Virus record (IMG/VR): IMGVR_UViG_3300025828_000016
Coordinates: 1-64,000 of that record
Reading direction: 5' to 3' (one strand)
DNA: 64,000 bases
From: a virus
Made by a program: the position numbers and the translations under genes. Below, piece by piece: positions 1 through 10,237 of the stretch (within the stretch, counting starts at the first letter, position 1; each line of letters opens with the position of its first letter). The notes beneath the pieces were generated by a model. That model ran no database searches and was not told the origin of the DNA. It was given only the letters and a program-made list of their open reading frames with translations.

Positions 1-3000
1 ATAGTAAAGGTGTGGTGTTGGATAAGTTGTATCTGCACCGCTAGAAGTTATAAAAGCATTATTTGAATATGGGTAAAAAGAGTTTTGTAAGATGCCACCA
101 CCGTCAGATGCCGATACCGCTGGTAAAATATTGAACGCAAGCGGAGAAAGACTAACTTCAGCCTCTCTAATGCCGGATTTAATTCTTCCCGGTGTGCCTG
201 TGGCAAAACTAACTCTTTCATCTAATGACCACATACTTGAAGTGGCATATGCAAGTATTGGTCTATTGTAATATGTGTAGATGTCTGAAGTATATGTAAT
301 ATAACCAAAAGGTGTGATACCATATGTCAGTGTTCCTAATGTTCCAATAGTTCTACTTCTTCTTGCTTCCGCATCATCTCTCCAGAAACCATTTTCGAAA
401 TTGTCTCTTTGCCTATGTGTTTTAAGATAGGTGTATTGTTCTTTTGGATAGATTGTTTCTTTTGTTTTGTAGTAATTAAGACCCATAACTGGTCTAAACT
501 CTGGTGCCTCGGCAAAATCTTGCGACGAAAGAAGGTAATAATTTATTACATCTAACATTTCTTGATCTGTTTTAGAGTTTCTATTTGGGTCCAGTATATC
601 AAAATTAAGACTTATATTATCACTAGAGTGATCAGTAAAGTACATAATATTATTCATGTATGTATGGGATATTTCATTCGCAACGCTTACTTTGTCTGGT
701 GTCTCCAATGGACTTTTTGACATTGATAAATTATGTACTAATGGTTTATATTTACTTGTAATTGGTGGTTCTATTACAGAAGTTATTGATCCTCTATAAC
801 CATCTAATTGTATTTGTTGAAAGTTGTTGTTTTCCGCTTTTTTAACTTTAAGATAACTTAATCTATTCTCGCTTCTATGTGCTCTTACGATTGGGTGATT
901 ATCTTTTCTGTAAAGTTTCCAGTTTGCTCCACCGTATGGACCTTGGCGGTGAGTGAGAATAGCATTTAGTATTCCTGCTTTACCAAAACCTTGACTATAG
1001 TTTATTGCACCACCAAGTTGCTCTGCTTTTACATATACTGCACCGATACCATAATTCTCAACAGCAATAGAAGAATTATAACCTATAGTATTTACACTAG
1101 AACTTAATGGATCAACAATAAAATAGTTTATCCCAACAAAGTCAAAGTTCACAAATGGCCATAAGTTGCCTGGGTCCACATCTGGATCTTTCTCATCATA
1201 TACAGCATACGGGTCTGATAAACCGCCATCGAATGCAATACCTGCGGAACTAGCAGTTGCAAAGGTTAAATCAGTAGAAGCAAGACTTGCGTTACTAAAA
1301 TCTGGTTGTTCAAACCCATAAAGAGCGGAACCAGTATAACCAGAAATAATACTTGCTGTGATCCAAGCATACTGTACATCAGTTTGTGGTATTTGATGCT
1401 GGACAAAGAAGTTATCGTAAGAAGCAGAAGTGGAAATAGTACCCAACTCGCCTGTATACTCATTTGAATATTTTGGTTGTTTTCTGCCGTTTCTATTCAC
1501 CTTGTGGAAGGAACCGGTACCGATGTACGCTAAGTCTGCGCCAGGATCATCAATAGAAGATGACCCACCTGGATAAGTTGCCCAGGAGGCTCTTTCGTAG
1601 TCGGCAACTGTTCTAGCATCACTAAATAAACCAAACTGGTTTGTATGGTCTGAGTGTAACTCATTTAAAGGTAGTCTAACGCTTAAGTTTCTAAATGGTA
1701 AAGCATTGTAAACACTATATTGTGCAGAGGCAATATCCAACATGCCTTCACCCATTGTATCGGGACCGCCTGGAGCAGAGAATCTGTTGACAATTATTGC
1801 TTTAGTTGAACCGGTTAAGTCCCTTCTTGGGATGGTGAAATCAACAACACCGGAAACAAAAGTGGAATCTGTGTATGTTGTTGGTAAATTTCCCTCAGAT
1901 TTGACCATATATCTATTGTTAATTGACCTATCATTAGTCATTACAATTTCGTAAGTATTGGTGTAGTTTCCTATATTTGTGGCGTTAAGTTGGTCAATGG
2001 AGTCGGTAGCGCCGCCGACTGCTCCCGTTGTTTGTTGAATGTTTTTAATATTTACAGGTCTTTTTGCGTATTCTTCACGGAAGAATATTGAGTATGGACG
2101 GATTCTCCCAGAACCGTCTGAACCAACATTAGTTAAATCTAGAGCACCAGCGGAGGCGGTCAATTTCCAACCCTCAATTCTTTGTAACGGGCGAACCGTC
2201 GGGGCTTGATTTGGAGTCAAGTTAAACATCACATGGCGATATTGGCGACCACCTACAAATTTTTCTGTAAATGGACCCTGCATTGGAACATCACCATATG
2301 GACCATAACTATCGTGGTGCAAGTTTGTAATCGCTAGATTTGATTGAAAAACTTCTAAATTGGTCATTGCTGGATTTGAATTAACAGAAGAACTGTAGAG
2401 GCTGAATGGGAACACTATATCGCCTTTATAAACTTCTGAGAATGTGCCGCCATCTTGTGCAGTGCCAACTGAGAATTTATATTTTCTTTTCCCTTTGTTT
2501 AACTCTATATTGTCGTCGCAATCTTTAAAACTGTCTAATGACGAATCGGTTGGTTCAATAGAAATTAAACCGCCTTCTCCTGCTCCTGATGGAGTTGGTC
2601 TTTTTCTAAGAGCGTCCCAAATACCCACTTTTTTATTTTCGTAAGTATTTCCACCGGCATGTAATTGTGTTTCTTTAACTGCATTAATCTTATAAGGTTT
2701 GGCAAGTCGGCGTAAAGCAAAAGTTGAACCTTGATAAGTCCCACTTGAACCGCTTAAATTTGGAAGTGCGGCATTACTTTTGTTATTTATTACATCTAAT
2801 ATTTCTTGTCTATCAGAATCAGCATCAGCATCGCCGCTGCTAATAACACCATCTCTTTCTGCCCTTTCTTTAAACCAAAGACAATTGTTTTCTTGACTAC
2901 CTGCGGAAGCATTTAAAGGAGCATGTCCCTCTTTCCAAGGATATGTAAGTTCATTTATGCCAAGTAAATTTGCTTCTGGATCTGTTTGTTTAAATTCATA

Positions 3001-6000
3001 CGTTGGAAATTTAGTTTCATATTTGTTTCTTTCAAAAATATGTGATTCAATAATGTTTCTAAGTGGTTTTTCAGCAAGACCAGAAGTCATAGGGGCAATT
3101 TTTTGGATCATAGCGGAAATTGCCACATCAAACCATTTAAAATATTCAATGTATTTATCTAAATCTGGTTCACTTTTTATATTTTTAAAGAATAAATTTC
3201 TTAATAATTCTATTTCTTTATATTGATTTCTATATCTGTCAACACCTTGACCAATTAAATTATTGTAGTCAATTGCAGTTGATAAGAATTTAAGCATCTC
3301 TTCTGATATGCTTTGATAAGGACTTTTTTCTACATACATATCAAAGAAAGTTGGACGACTATCTCTTGTAAAATAAATGTCATCATTTGACAAAACTTGT
3401 ATTGTATCTTCGCTATTTATTGTTTCTGGTAGATTTTGTTTTGCTGTGATTAATTGATCAACAACCGAAACACTTGTACTAGAAGCATTAAAATATTCGC
3501 CCTTACCAGTAAACTGTTTATTTTTTAGATTTGCTAAAAATCCATATCTAGATATTTGGTCTGTAGATCCTGAAGTTAGATCTTGGACAGAAAACTCACC
3601 AGATGCATCTGATGCAGTAACACTATTAAAGTTCCAGTGAAGCAGTAGTGTTTCTTGATTAGGAACAAAAACTTTATTTATTTGTGTATTAAATAAATAC
3701 GCATTCTCTTGTGGGTCTTTAATACTAAAATTATCTGGATCAGAGGCATGGACTCTTAAGTCTTCTATAGAGAGTTTGTTTTGCCATGCTCTCAAATTGT
3801 TGAATTTAACATCAGTGTTTTCAAGAACAGAACCAGTGAAATTTGTTCTGTGTGCTCCAGCAAAAAGTCTCTTTGGTGAAGCTAAAAAGTTAGCAGCATT
3901 TTGAGCGGTAATCGAACCGGTTACAGTGAACTCTTCTAGCGTAACGTCTAAAACTCTTCTAACACCAGAAAATTCTACAGTATAGTCAGAGCGACCTCCT
4001 GCCGCTCCGCTAACTTCATTTACATTTGGATATTTTTCTGGATATATGCTTACTAAGAAATTAAAATCAGAATCATTATAAACATCACTTAGGAGCGATG
4101 AAGATAACACTGGTATAACCGAACCAAGAGTACCAGTTAACACAAACTTTGTTTTATCAGAAAACACGTCTGGTCTTATAGATTTAACGACAAAGTTGGC
4201 ATAATCATTCGATGCCCAAGTGGTTTGTGCTGGGGTTGAATCCACTGCAGTGTGCATACCAAACAAACTTGAAGTTTCCATAAGGGGGTAATAATTTGCA
4301 AACTCTTCGGATGTTTTTGTTTGAGTTTTCCAATCGGATTCAATTACTCTTTTTGGGAAAATAATGCTTGCTTCAACGCTAAATGGCAAACCAAATTCCT
4401 GTGAGGTGCCGAGTGTAAAATTATTACTTGCCGAAATGAACGTTGTTGAATTTGAATTACCATTGATTGTGTACTGATATACAGTTGCATCTGAGTTTCC
4501 AACTTCATTAAAGTTAATAACTCTATGTCTGGTAGAAACAGATCTAAATTTATCTTTTAAAAGAAAATCAACATTATTTGAATAGAGATTTATTTTATAT
4601 ATTTCATCATCAACGCCAAAACAACGAATTAGATTTCTAAAAGATTTTTCTGTACCTTTTGATTTGTTTATGTAATTTAAATTGTTATAAATGTTTTTAT
4701 AAATAATATTCTTTACATCTGCAATTTTTTTAGTGTAAAGAAAATTATCATCTCTATTTTCTAAATCTTCTAAAGCATCAAGTGCGTTAAATATTTCTGG
4801 AGTTATAAACCCTTTTGATTCTAGAATTCTATTCATGAAAGGCAAAGGTTTATTAGAACCGCTAAAATATTCTGTATTCATTAGTGATGGTAATGTTTTG
4901 ATTAAATTTGCCGCATCATCAAAATAACTACTCATAATCTGTGTTAGATTGAGTAAAGAATTTGCTATTATACCTTCATTTTCAGTATTATTAGTATCGT
5001 GTTCATCTAAAATCCACCCTGGCATTGTATAGTATATTGTAGATGGATTTCTATAATCGTACTCTTTTCCTTTTTGTCTTCTATCGTCTAGTAAAGAAAC
5101 AACAGAAGAATGGAAAGAATAAAGTATTGGATCTCTAAATTCACTACCTGAAAAGTTAGTTAAACCGCATTCATTTATAGCAGAACCAGTATTTCTAGAA
5201 AAATCTGCAGAGTAACCTGTCCAGGTGCCATTACTTACACGACCGGAATAATCTAAAACTTTTAAATCGACTGCTGGAGTATTAGTTACTCCCTCATTGA
5301 ATTTATAGTAAAGTCCCAAATCAGTATTTGCATCATCGGTATTTGTCCCTGCTCCAACTTGATCAAACCATCGTGTTTGGATTTGTTTTGATGTTCTCCA
5401 AACTTTCCAAAATCTAAATTCGTCCAAAGACCCAGATAATTTACCCCACCCTTTTTCTGCTTGTGGTGCCCCTGCCTGAGTACCTGATGGGTTGGTTGCG
5501 AGAGCGCCAATTGTACCAACAATGGTGCCACTTACATAATCAACAGTCGTACCGGTTTTAATATTATCGTTAAATTGACCGTCAATAAAAAGATCAACAG
5601 ATGTATTTGATCCATCATTTTTAAATCTAAAAGAATAATGATGCCAACTGTCGTCAGCAACCGAAGATGTCGTTATGGACGCACCGATGTTTTCTTTTGA
5701 AATTCCGCTTGTCCCAGACATATATGTAACATAAAATGGAGAAAGGGTGTTTGTTGCGACACCGTGACCAGACATTTCAATCGTTAACCGCCCATAATCT
5801 AAACTTGAAGATATTGAACTTGTAGTGAATATATCGAAGATAACCTCAGTCTGTGTAGCGGTAATACCAAAAGATTCTTTTTTAAGCCAAAACTCTACTG
5901 TATTTCCATCATTTCCGCCTATCTTTAGGTTACACTCACGATTTTTAGATAGATCATAGACGTTTGCTTTTTCTCTATACTTTGCTTCACCTGTATCTGG

Positions 6001-6486
6001 ATCAATATAAACTCTAGTGCCGGTACCGGCATGGGGACCGCCATTAAAAGAAATATACTCATATGTACCAGTTCCTGCGGCACCATATGATCCCCAATAA
6101 TCATAATTTGTTGAGGTGTCAGTTGCTGTTAGACTAGCGGTTGAAAATATAGCATAACCAGTTGTACGAGGGTAATCATTTTCAAAAATATAAAGATCTA
6201 TACCGGAGGATGAAAGTTCCCATAATATTTTTTCTTTTTTAGAACCATCATAAGGATAGGTCTTGTAAATTCTAGTAATTGAATCGTAATAATATTTTTC
6301 TGCGGAACCAAAACGAGCAAAACTCTCTGGTTTGGAGTAATCTACAAGAGGAATAAAACGATTTCTATCTTCTAAGTATGCTTTTACATATTCAGGTGAT
6401 TCTATTCCACTAGAAGTTAAACTATTAAGTGAAGAATTTGATAAAAATTTATATCCGTTTTCTTTGAATAAATCTTTTAAGGACAT
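1..6486 (-). CDS. Very large virion/baseplate protein with a LamG/concanavalin-A-like domain; partial, runs off the left edge (>=2162 aa); absent from the ORF track
   Basis: ATG at 6486, 1 nt after the upstream stop. Manual translation gives MSLKDLFKENGYKFLSNSS...FARFGSAEKYYYDSITRIYKTYPYDGS, with LamG-type motifs NTVEFWLKK and DDSWHHYSFRF...VDLFIDGQ near 5570-5910. The track has no long ORF here, consistent with an open frame to the edge. Position after the gp6-like gene suggests a gp7-like wedge/fibre-attachment role. Confidence 0.8.
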   Translation of the reverse strand, partial: MSLKDLFKENGYKFLSNSSLNSLTSSGIESPEYVKAYLEDRNRFIPLVDYSKPESFARFGSAEKYYYDSITRIYKTYPYDGSKKEKILWELSSSGIDLYIFENDYPRTTGYAIFSTASLTATDTSTNYDYWGSYGAAGTGTYEYISFNGGPHAGTGTRVYIDPDTGEAKYREKANVYDLSKNRECNLKIGGNDGNTVEFWLKKESFGITATQTEVIFDIFTTSSISSSLDYGRLTIEMSGHGVATNTLSPFYVTYMSGTSGISKENIGASITTSSVADDSWHHYSFRFKNDGSNTSVDLFIDGQFNDNIKTGTTVDYVSGTIVGTIGALATNPSGTQAGAPQAEKGWGKLSGSLDEFRFWKVWRTSKQIQTRWFDQVGAGTNTDDANTDLGLYYKFNEGVTNTPAVDLKVLDYSGRVSNGTWTGYSADFSRNTGSAINECGLTNFSGSEFRDPILYSFHSSVVSLLDDRRQKGKEYDYRNPSTIYYTMPGWILDEHDTNNTENEGIIANSLLNLTQIMSSYFDDAANLIKTLPSLMNTEYFSGSNKPLPFMNRILESKGFITPEIFNALDALEDLENRDDNFLYTKKIADVKNIIYKNIYNNLNYINKSKGTEKSFRNLIRCFGVDDEIYKINLYSNNVDFLLKDKFRSVSTRHRVINFNEVGNSDATVYQYTINGNSNSTTFISASNNFTLGTSQEFGLPFSVEASIIFPKRVIESDWKTQTKTSEEFANYYPLMETSSLFGMHTAVDSTPAQTTWASNDYANFVVKSIRPDVFSDKTKFVLTGTLGSVIPVLSSSLLSDVYNDSDFNFLVSIYPEKYPNVNEVSGAAGGRSDYTVEFSGVRRVLDVTLEEFTVTGSITAQNAANFLASPKRLFAGAHRTNFTGSVLENTDVKFNNLRAWQNKLSIEDLRVHASDPDNFSIKDPQENAYLFNTQINKVFVPNQETLLLHWNFNSVTASDASGEFSVQDLTSGSTDQISRYGFLANLKNKQFTGKGEYFNASSTSVSVVDQLITAKQNLPETINSEDTIQVLSNDDIYFTRDSRPTFFDMYVEKSPYQSISEEMLKFLSTAIDYNNLIGQGVDRYRNQYKEIELLRNLFFKNIKSEPDLDKYIEYFKWFDVAISAMIQKIAPMTSGLAEKPLRNIIESHIFERNKYETKFPTYEFKQTDPEANLLGINELTYPWKEGHAPLNASAGSQENNCLWFKERAERDGVISSGDADADSDRQEILDVINNKSNAALPNLSGSSGTYQGSTFALRRLAKPYKINAVKETQLHAGGNTYENKKVGIWDALRKRPTPSGAGEGGLISIEPTDSSLDSFKDCDDNIELNKGKRKYKFSVGTAQDGGTFSEVYKGDIVFPFSLYSSSVNSNPAMTNLEVFQSNLAITNLHHDSYGPYGDVPMQGPFTEKFVGGRQYRHVMFNLTPNQAPTVRPLQRIEGWKLTASAGALDLTNVGSDGSGRIRPYSIFFREEYAKRPVNIKNIQQTTGAVGGATDSIDQLNATNIGNYTNTYEIVMTNDRSINNRYMVKSEGNLPTTYTDSTFVSGVVDFTIPRRDLTGSTKAIIVNRFSAPGGPDTMGEGMLDIASAQYSVYNALPFRNLSVRLPLNELHSDHTNQFGLFSDARTVADYERASWATYPGGSSSIDDPGADLAYIGTGSFHKVNRNGRKQPKYSNEYTGELGTISTSASYDNFFVQHQIPQTDVQYAWITASIISGYTGSALYGFEQPDFSNASLASTDLTFATASSAGIAFDGGLSDPYAVYDEKDPDVDPGNLWPFVNFDFVGINYFIVDPLSSSVNTIGYNSSIAVENYGIGAVYVKAEQLGGAINYSQGFGKAGILNAILTHRQGPYGGANWKLYRKDNHPIVRAHRSENRLSYLKVKKAENNNFQQIQLDGYRGSITSVIEPPITSKYKPLVHNLSMSKSPLETPDKVSVANEISHTYMNNIMYFTDHSSDNISLNFDILDPNRNSKTDQEMLDVINYYLLSSQDFAEAPEFRPVMGLNYYKTKETIYPKEQYTYLKTHRQRDNFENGFWRDDAEARRSRTIGTLGTLTYGITPFGYITYTSDIYTYYNRPILAYATSSMWSLDERVSFATGTPGRIKSGIREAEVSLSPLAFNILPAVSASDGGGILQNSFYPYSNNAFITSSGADTTYPTPHLYY

Positions 6487-6487
6487 A

Positions 6488-7984
6488 TTATTCTACTCTA
6501 AACCTAAACCTTTCTGGTTGTTCCACATAACTTCCATTAATTAGATATGAAAAACTTAATTCATAGACCGTATCAGTGTCGAATAAGTCCATTTCTAAAT
6601 CAAAGTAGCTACCACTCGTATCATAAGATAGTCGAGTGTGGTTTAGCGAACCGGTTCCAAAAGGAATAACCTCTAGATTATCGCTTACACGGGTAAAACG
6701 GTAATAAGTATTATCAATAATACTTGTTTCTATGGCGTTACTCGCTACTGTATAAATAGTTGGAGACCAATCTTTTTGACGAGTATAAAGTCTAAATCTT
6801 ACTTTTTCGCCGCGATTATATGTGGCACGTAAATTTGTGACTTTAGAGATGTATCTTTGATCAAAATTATAATCTTTGCTATCAAATGTTTGAACGCTAA
6901 TTGCCGAACCTGTATGATATTCTATTCCACCGCTGTGCCAAACATCATAGATAGAAGTGATGCTGGATGATGTATAAGCAAAAGAGCAGGAATATATACC
7001 TGTTTCAACATGAGAAGCAGTAATATTAACATCTCCTGTTGCGACGACTCCACCGCCAACTGGAAGATATAATTTATTCCCTGTTGGACCAGTACTACCA
7101 CTGTAAATGCTAACTAACATATCGTCAGTACCAACTGCTGGGATGTTAGTCAATTGTCCTCTAACCACATTATAAAGATAGAGATTCATTAAATTATCAG
7201 ATGCAGGAACAAGAGAAGAACTTAAATAAAAGTCGCCTCTGTTATCTTTTTTGCTGCTGTCCCAACGAGCTTCAATAACTGGACGCTTGTGGAAGAACTG
7301 CGATCCACGAGCAAAGAACATTTTAGTGTAGTAAGAATTTGTTGCTGATTCGTCGGAACCTGTTAAGCGCACACCAAAACCATAATTATTCAAATCACCA
7401 CTAATCCAATCTTCTACAAGGTGACTTACATCTATTTCTAGATTCTCAAAACCAGTATCAAATGATTGAGTAAAAAGATATTCAGTCGGATTAGCATCAG
7501 ACCCGGTAATATAACTTCCTCCTGGTTTTGCTACACTAGCATAATCAACCCATTTTTGTTTTCCTGGGTCCGATGAAGCAGATAACCAGTTTGAAGCATC
7601 TTCATCTGAATATTCTTCCATGTCCAACCCAAGACCTTCACTCCATGACTGAGATATTGCGGACACAATTAGAGTATAATCTTTTGGTGTTGTTTGGGTG
7701 TGCTCGGCATCATACATTTTAAGAAAGAAATTTACACTACCTGATGCTGGAATATTTCCAGCAGTTCTATCTGTGTTAATAGCATCTGTGTTAAACTGGA
7801 TTAGAATACGAGATAGTTCAGAAGAGTATCCTTCCTCACTAGAACTTACTTGAGCATAAATACTAAAAACCTCAAGAATATCTGACTGACCCATGTTGCC
7901 GCTAACCCCACGAGTCTGAAGATTTGCCTTGTAAGCATTTGTAATTGTGTTATCTTTTGTAGCATAGTATCTTTTAATTGCCAT
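6488..7984 (-). CDS. Putative virion structural protein (beta-rich, DNRLRE-like N-terminus)
   Basis: 498 aa, S/T/G/Y-rich, YYATKDNTI...SRILIQF. Translationally coupled within the baseplate operon. Confidence 0.55.
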   Translation of the reverse strand: MAIKRYYATKDNTITNAYKANLQTRGVSGNMGQSDILEVFSIYAQVSSSEEGYSSELSRILIQFNTDAINTDRTAGNIPASGSVNFFLKMYDAEHTQTTPKDYTLIVSAISQSWSEGLGLDMEEYSDEDASNWLSASSDPGKQKWVDYASVAKPGGSYITGSDANPTEYLFTQSFDTGFENLEIDVSHLVEDWISGDLNNYGFGVRLTGSDESATNSYYTKMFFARGSQFFHKRPVIEARWDSSKKDNRGDFYLSSSLVPASDNLMNLYLYNVVRGQLTNIPAVGTDDMLVSIYSGSTGPTGNKLYLPVGGGVVATGDVNITASHVETGIYSCSFAYTSSSITSIYDVWHSGGIEYHTGSAISVQTFDSKDYNFDQRYISKVTNLRATYNRGEKVRFRLYTRQKDWSPTIYTVASNAIETSIIDNTYYRFTRVSDNLEVIPFGTGSLNHTRLSYDTSGSYFDLEMDLFDTDTVYELSFSYLINGSYVEQPERFRFRVE

Positions 7985-9780
7985 TATTGAATAGTTCCTA
8001 TAATATCTGCGTTTGGAAATTTTACCTCAAATATAGAATCCTTTGGGCAGTAAATAATTCTACCAGTTTTATCTTTATTGTCTTCAACATTAAAATTTGT
8101 ATCTGCATAAGAAATTCCATTTTTTGTTGTAACAATCACTTCTTCCACATCAAGTACCAAAGGATCGTTTTTAAGAACATTAAAAATATCTGTTATTTTA
8201 AATGGTTCGCCTATATCAAAATTCTTTCTATTTCTAAAATAATTTGTTAAAGATTGCTTTGCAGAATCTAATGAACCAAACTTATTTGCATCTGGGTATG
8301 ACACAATCTTAAAAGAAATCTGTAGATTAATAATTTTTGCATCTAGAATGTCTATTGTATCATTAATCATTTTATATCCAGATAGATGGGTTTTTAAGTT
8401 ATTTTTTATGGTTGTTGATGCTGTGGAAAGGTTTCCATCAACATCTTCTGATATAACGTATAAATTAATATTTCTCTGATTTAAAGAATCTGAATCTTGA
8501 TCCGCACTTACTCTTTTGATTGTTCCAAACTTGGAAGGCATACTATAAGCAGCTGTAATTAAGTCTTGTTGTGTTACAATTCTATTTTGCATTGCGTAAG
8601 CACCAAAAGCACTTTCTCTTATTTGGTCATTTGAAACAAATGTATTACTTCCAATAAATTGTTCTTCATTGATAACCTCTAGACTCTCTTGGGTTGCTCT
8701 TATTTGTAATGCACTTAAGTTGTTTGTTTGTTCAAAATCAAATACAGCTTGATCTACAGATGTTATAGTACCTATGGAGGCATTTGAATTTTGAAAACTA
8801 TTTTTTCTGTAAATTATTGTCAAAGTTGTGTTACTTGGACTGACGCCAAGAGAATCTGTTTGAGTTAGAACATTGGGATCAAAAGAATTATCTGATATAT
8901 ATTTCTTACCGTGTTGCTCAATAAATACGTTCGCAGGGTCAATAATTTCTTCTACATTTTCATTAGTTCCTGCCCCAAACTGTAAATAAACCTGATCTTC
9001 TTCTATAACTGTAACAAATCTCCTTGGAACTGAAATTGGTTTCATAATATTGGCAACAGTGTTTTTATCTGCGTTCTTGTTTATTATAGGTACATAAATT
9101 GTATTTTGCGTTAGATAATCAACTTCAAAATAAACGTTTCCAGCAGAGTCGCTAACTGTTACTATTTCCGATATGTTATCGTCTAAAACTCTTATTTTTC
9201 TAAACTTTTCATAATTTCCTATACGAACCTCTTTAACGAACAATTGTCCTGAAACTGCTTGACCTCTCGCTCTAACTGCGTAGGTTATTGGAACTCCAGT
9301 ATCATTGTTAACATCACCAACAACAATCTCATTATTTTCCTGATCTTTAAAGTTTACATCCTCTAATAAAGAAAATGTTTTTCCCCCTCCTGTTTTAAAA
9401 ATACTACCTGCTTTTAATATTGGAGCATAGTTGTAGTCTGGAGCACCAGATACGTTTGCAGGTATCAAAATAAAAAATGTAAGAGTTCCATAGGATGCTG
9501 TTGTTAGTTTTGGTTTATATCCAAGTTGCTGTGCTAACTTAAGTATGTTTTTTCTTTCAATTGCGGTTGTTATAAAAGATTCATTAACTTGATAATCCAA
9601 ATAAAAAGATAACATATCTCCAATGTAAGACACAGTATCCAGCATTAAAGAACCAAACGAATTAGCAGAAAAATCTCTGTACTGATTTGGATAATATCTT
9701 TTAGTATAATTTAGCAAATCACTTTTTATTGATGTAAAATCTCGACTAGTATATTTTATCGATGGTTTTTTTTCTGCCAT
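7984..9780 (-). CDS. Baseplate wedge subunit (T4 gp6-like)
   Basis: YTSRDFTSIKSDL...DFSANSFGSLMLDTVSYIGDMLSFYLDYQVNESFITTAIERKNILKLAQQLGYKP, LQFGAG and QNRIVTQQD are characteristic gp6-type motifs. Follows the gp25-like gene. Confidence 0.9.
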   Translation of the reverse strand: MAEKKPSIKYTSRDFTSIKSDLLNYTKRYYPNQYRDFSANSFGSLMLDTVSYIGDMLSFYLDYQVNESFITTAIERKNILKLAQQLGYKPKLTTASYGTLTFFILIPANVSGAPDYNYAPILKAGSIFKTGGGKTFSLLEDVNFKDQENNEIVVGDVNNDTGVPITYAVRARGQAVSGQLFVKEVRIGNYEKFRKIRVLDDNISEIVTVSDSAGNVYFEVDYLTQNTIYVPIINKNADKNTVANIMKPISVPRRFVTVIEEDQVYLQFGAGTNENVEEIIDPANVFIEQHGKKYISDNSFDPNVLTQTDSLGVSPSNTTLTIIYRKNSFQNSNASIGTITSVDQAVFDFEQTNNLSALQIRATQESLEVINEEQFIGSNTFVSNDQIRESAFGAYAMQNRIVTQQDLITAAYSMPSKFGTIKRVSADQDSDSLNQRNINLYVISEDVDGNLSTASTTIKNNLKTHLSGYKMINDTIDILDAKIINLQISFKIVSYPDANKFGSLDSAKQSLTNYFRNRKNFDIGEPFKITDIFNVLKNDPLVLDVEEVIVTTKNGISYADTNFNVEDNKDKTGRIIYCPKDSIFEVKFPNADIIGTIQ

Positions 9781-9793
9781 TTATTTTTTTCCT

Positions 9794-10189
9794 TTAAAGA
9801 GGTTTTGTTTCTATAACCCTTACAGAATCTCTTACGTTTGTTCCTTTAATTGCATAAGTAAGACTAACTGATAAGACATTTGACTGTCCCACTTGTAAGT
9901 CTACATTTGCATCTTTTATAACAGACAATGATATTATAGCAACTTGAGGCAAAAATAACCTCATTTGCTCATATATCCTTTGTGTTATTTCAGCTTCAGG
10001 AGAGTTTTCAAAAAGATAATTTCTCAATCCTACACCATACCTAGCAAGCATAATTCTTTCACCTGGGGCAGTTAACAAAAGCATTTTTATGTTTTGTCTA
10101 TAATTGTCTTTTATGGTTTTTATTAATCCATAAAACTTATCCGTTTCATTATATGCAAGGGGCAATTGAGCATCAATACCAACAGACAT
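9794..10189 (-). CDS. Baseplate wedge/sheath initiator (gp25/GPW-like)
   Basis: QNIKMLLLTAPGERIMLARYGVGLRNYLFE is the gp25 signature; 131 aa. Confidence 0.9.
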   Translation of the reverse strand: MSVGIDAQLPLAYNETDKFYGLIKTIKDNYRQNIKMLLLTAPGERIMLARYGVGLRNYLFENSPEAEITQRIYEQMRLFLPQVAIISLSVIKDANVDLQVGQSNVLSVSLTYAIKGTNVRDSVRVIETKPL

Positions 10190-10237
10190 TTTCGTTTCTC
10201 CTTAGATTAATTAGATTAAAAGTAGGTTTTAACACAA

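Noticed and set aside
1266-5531. Short ORFs listed in 1.2-5.5 kb, or a non-coding/recoded region
   Set aside because: They are shadows of the single long minus-strand gene starting at 6486.
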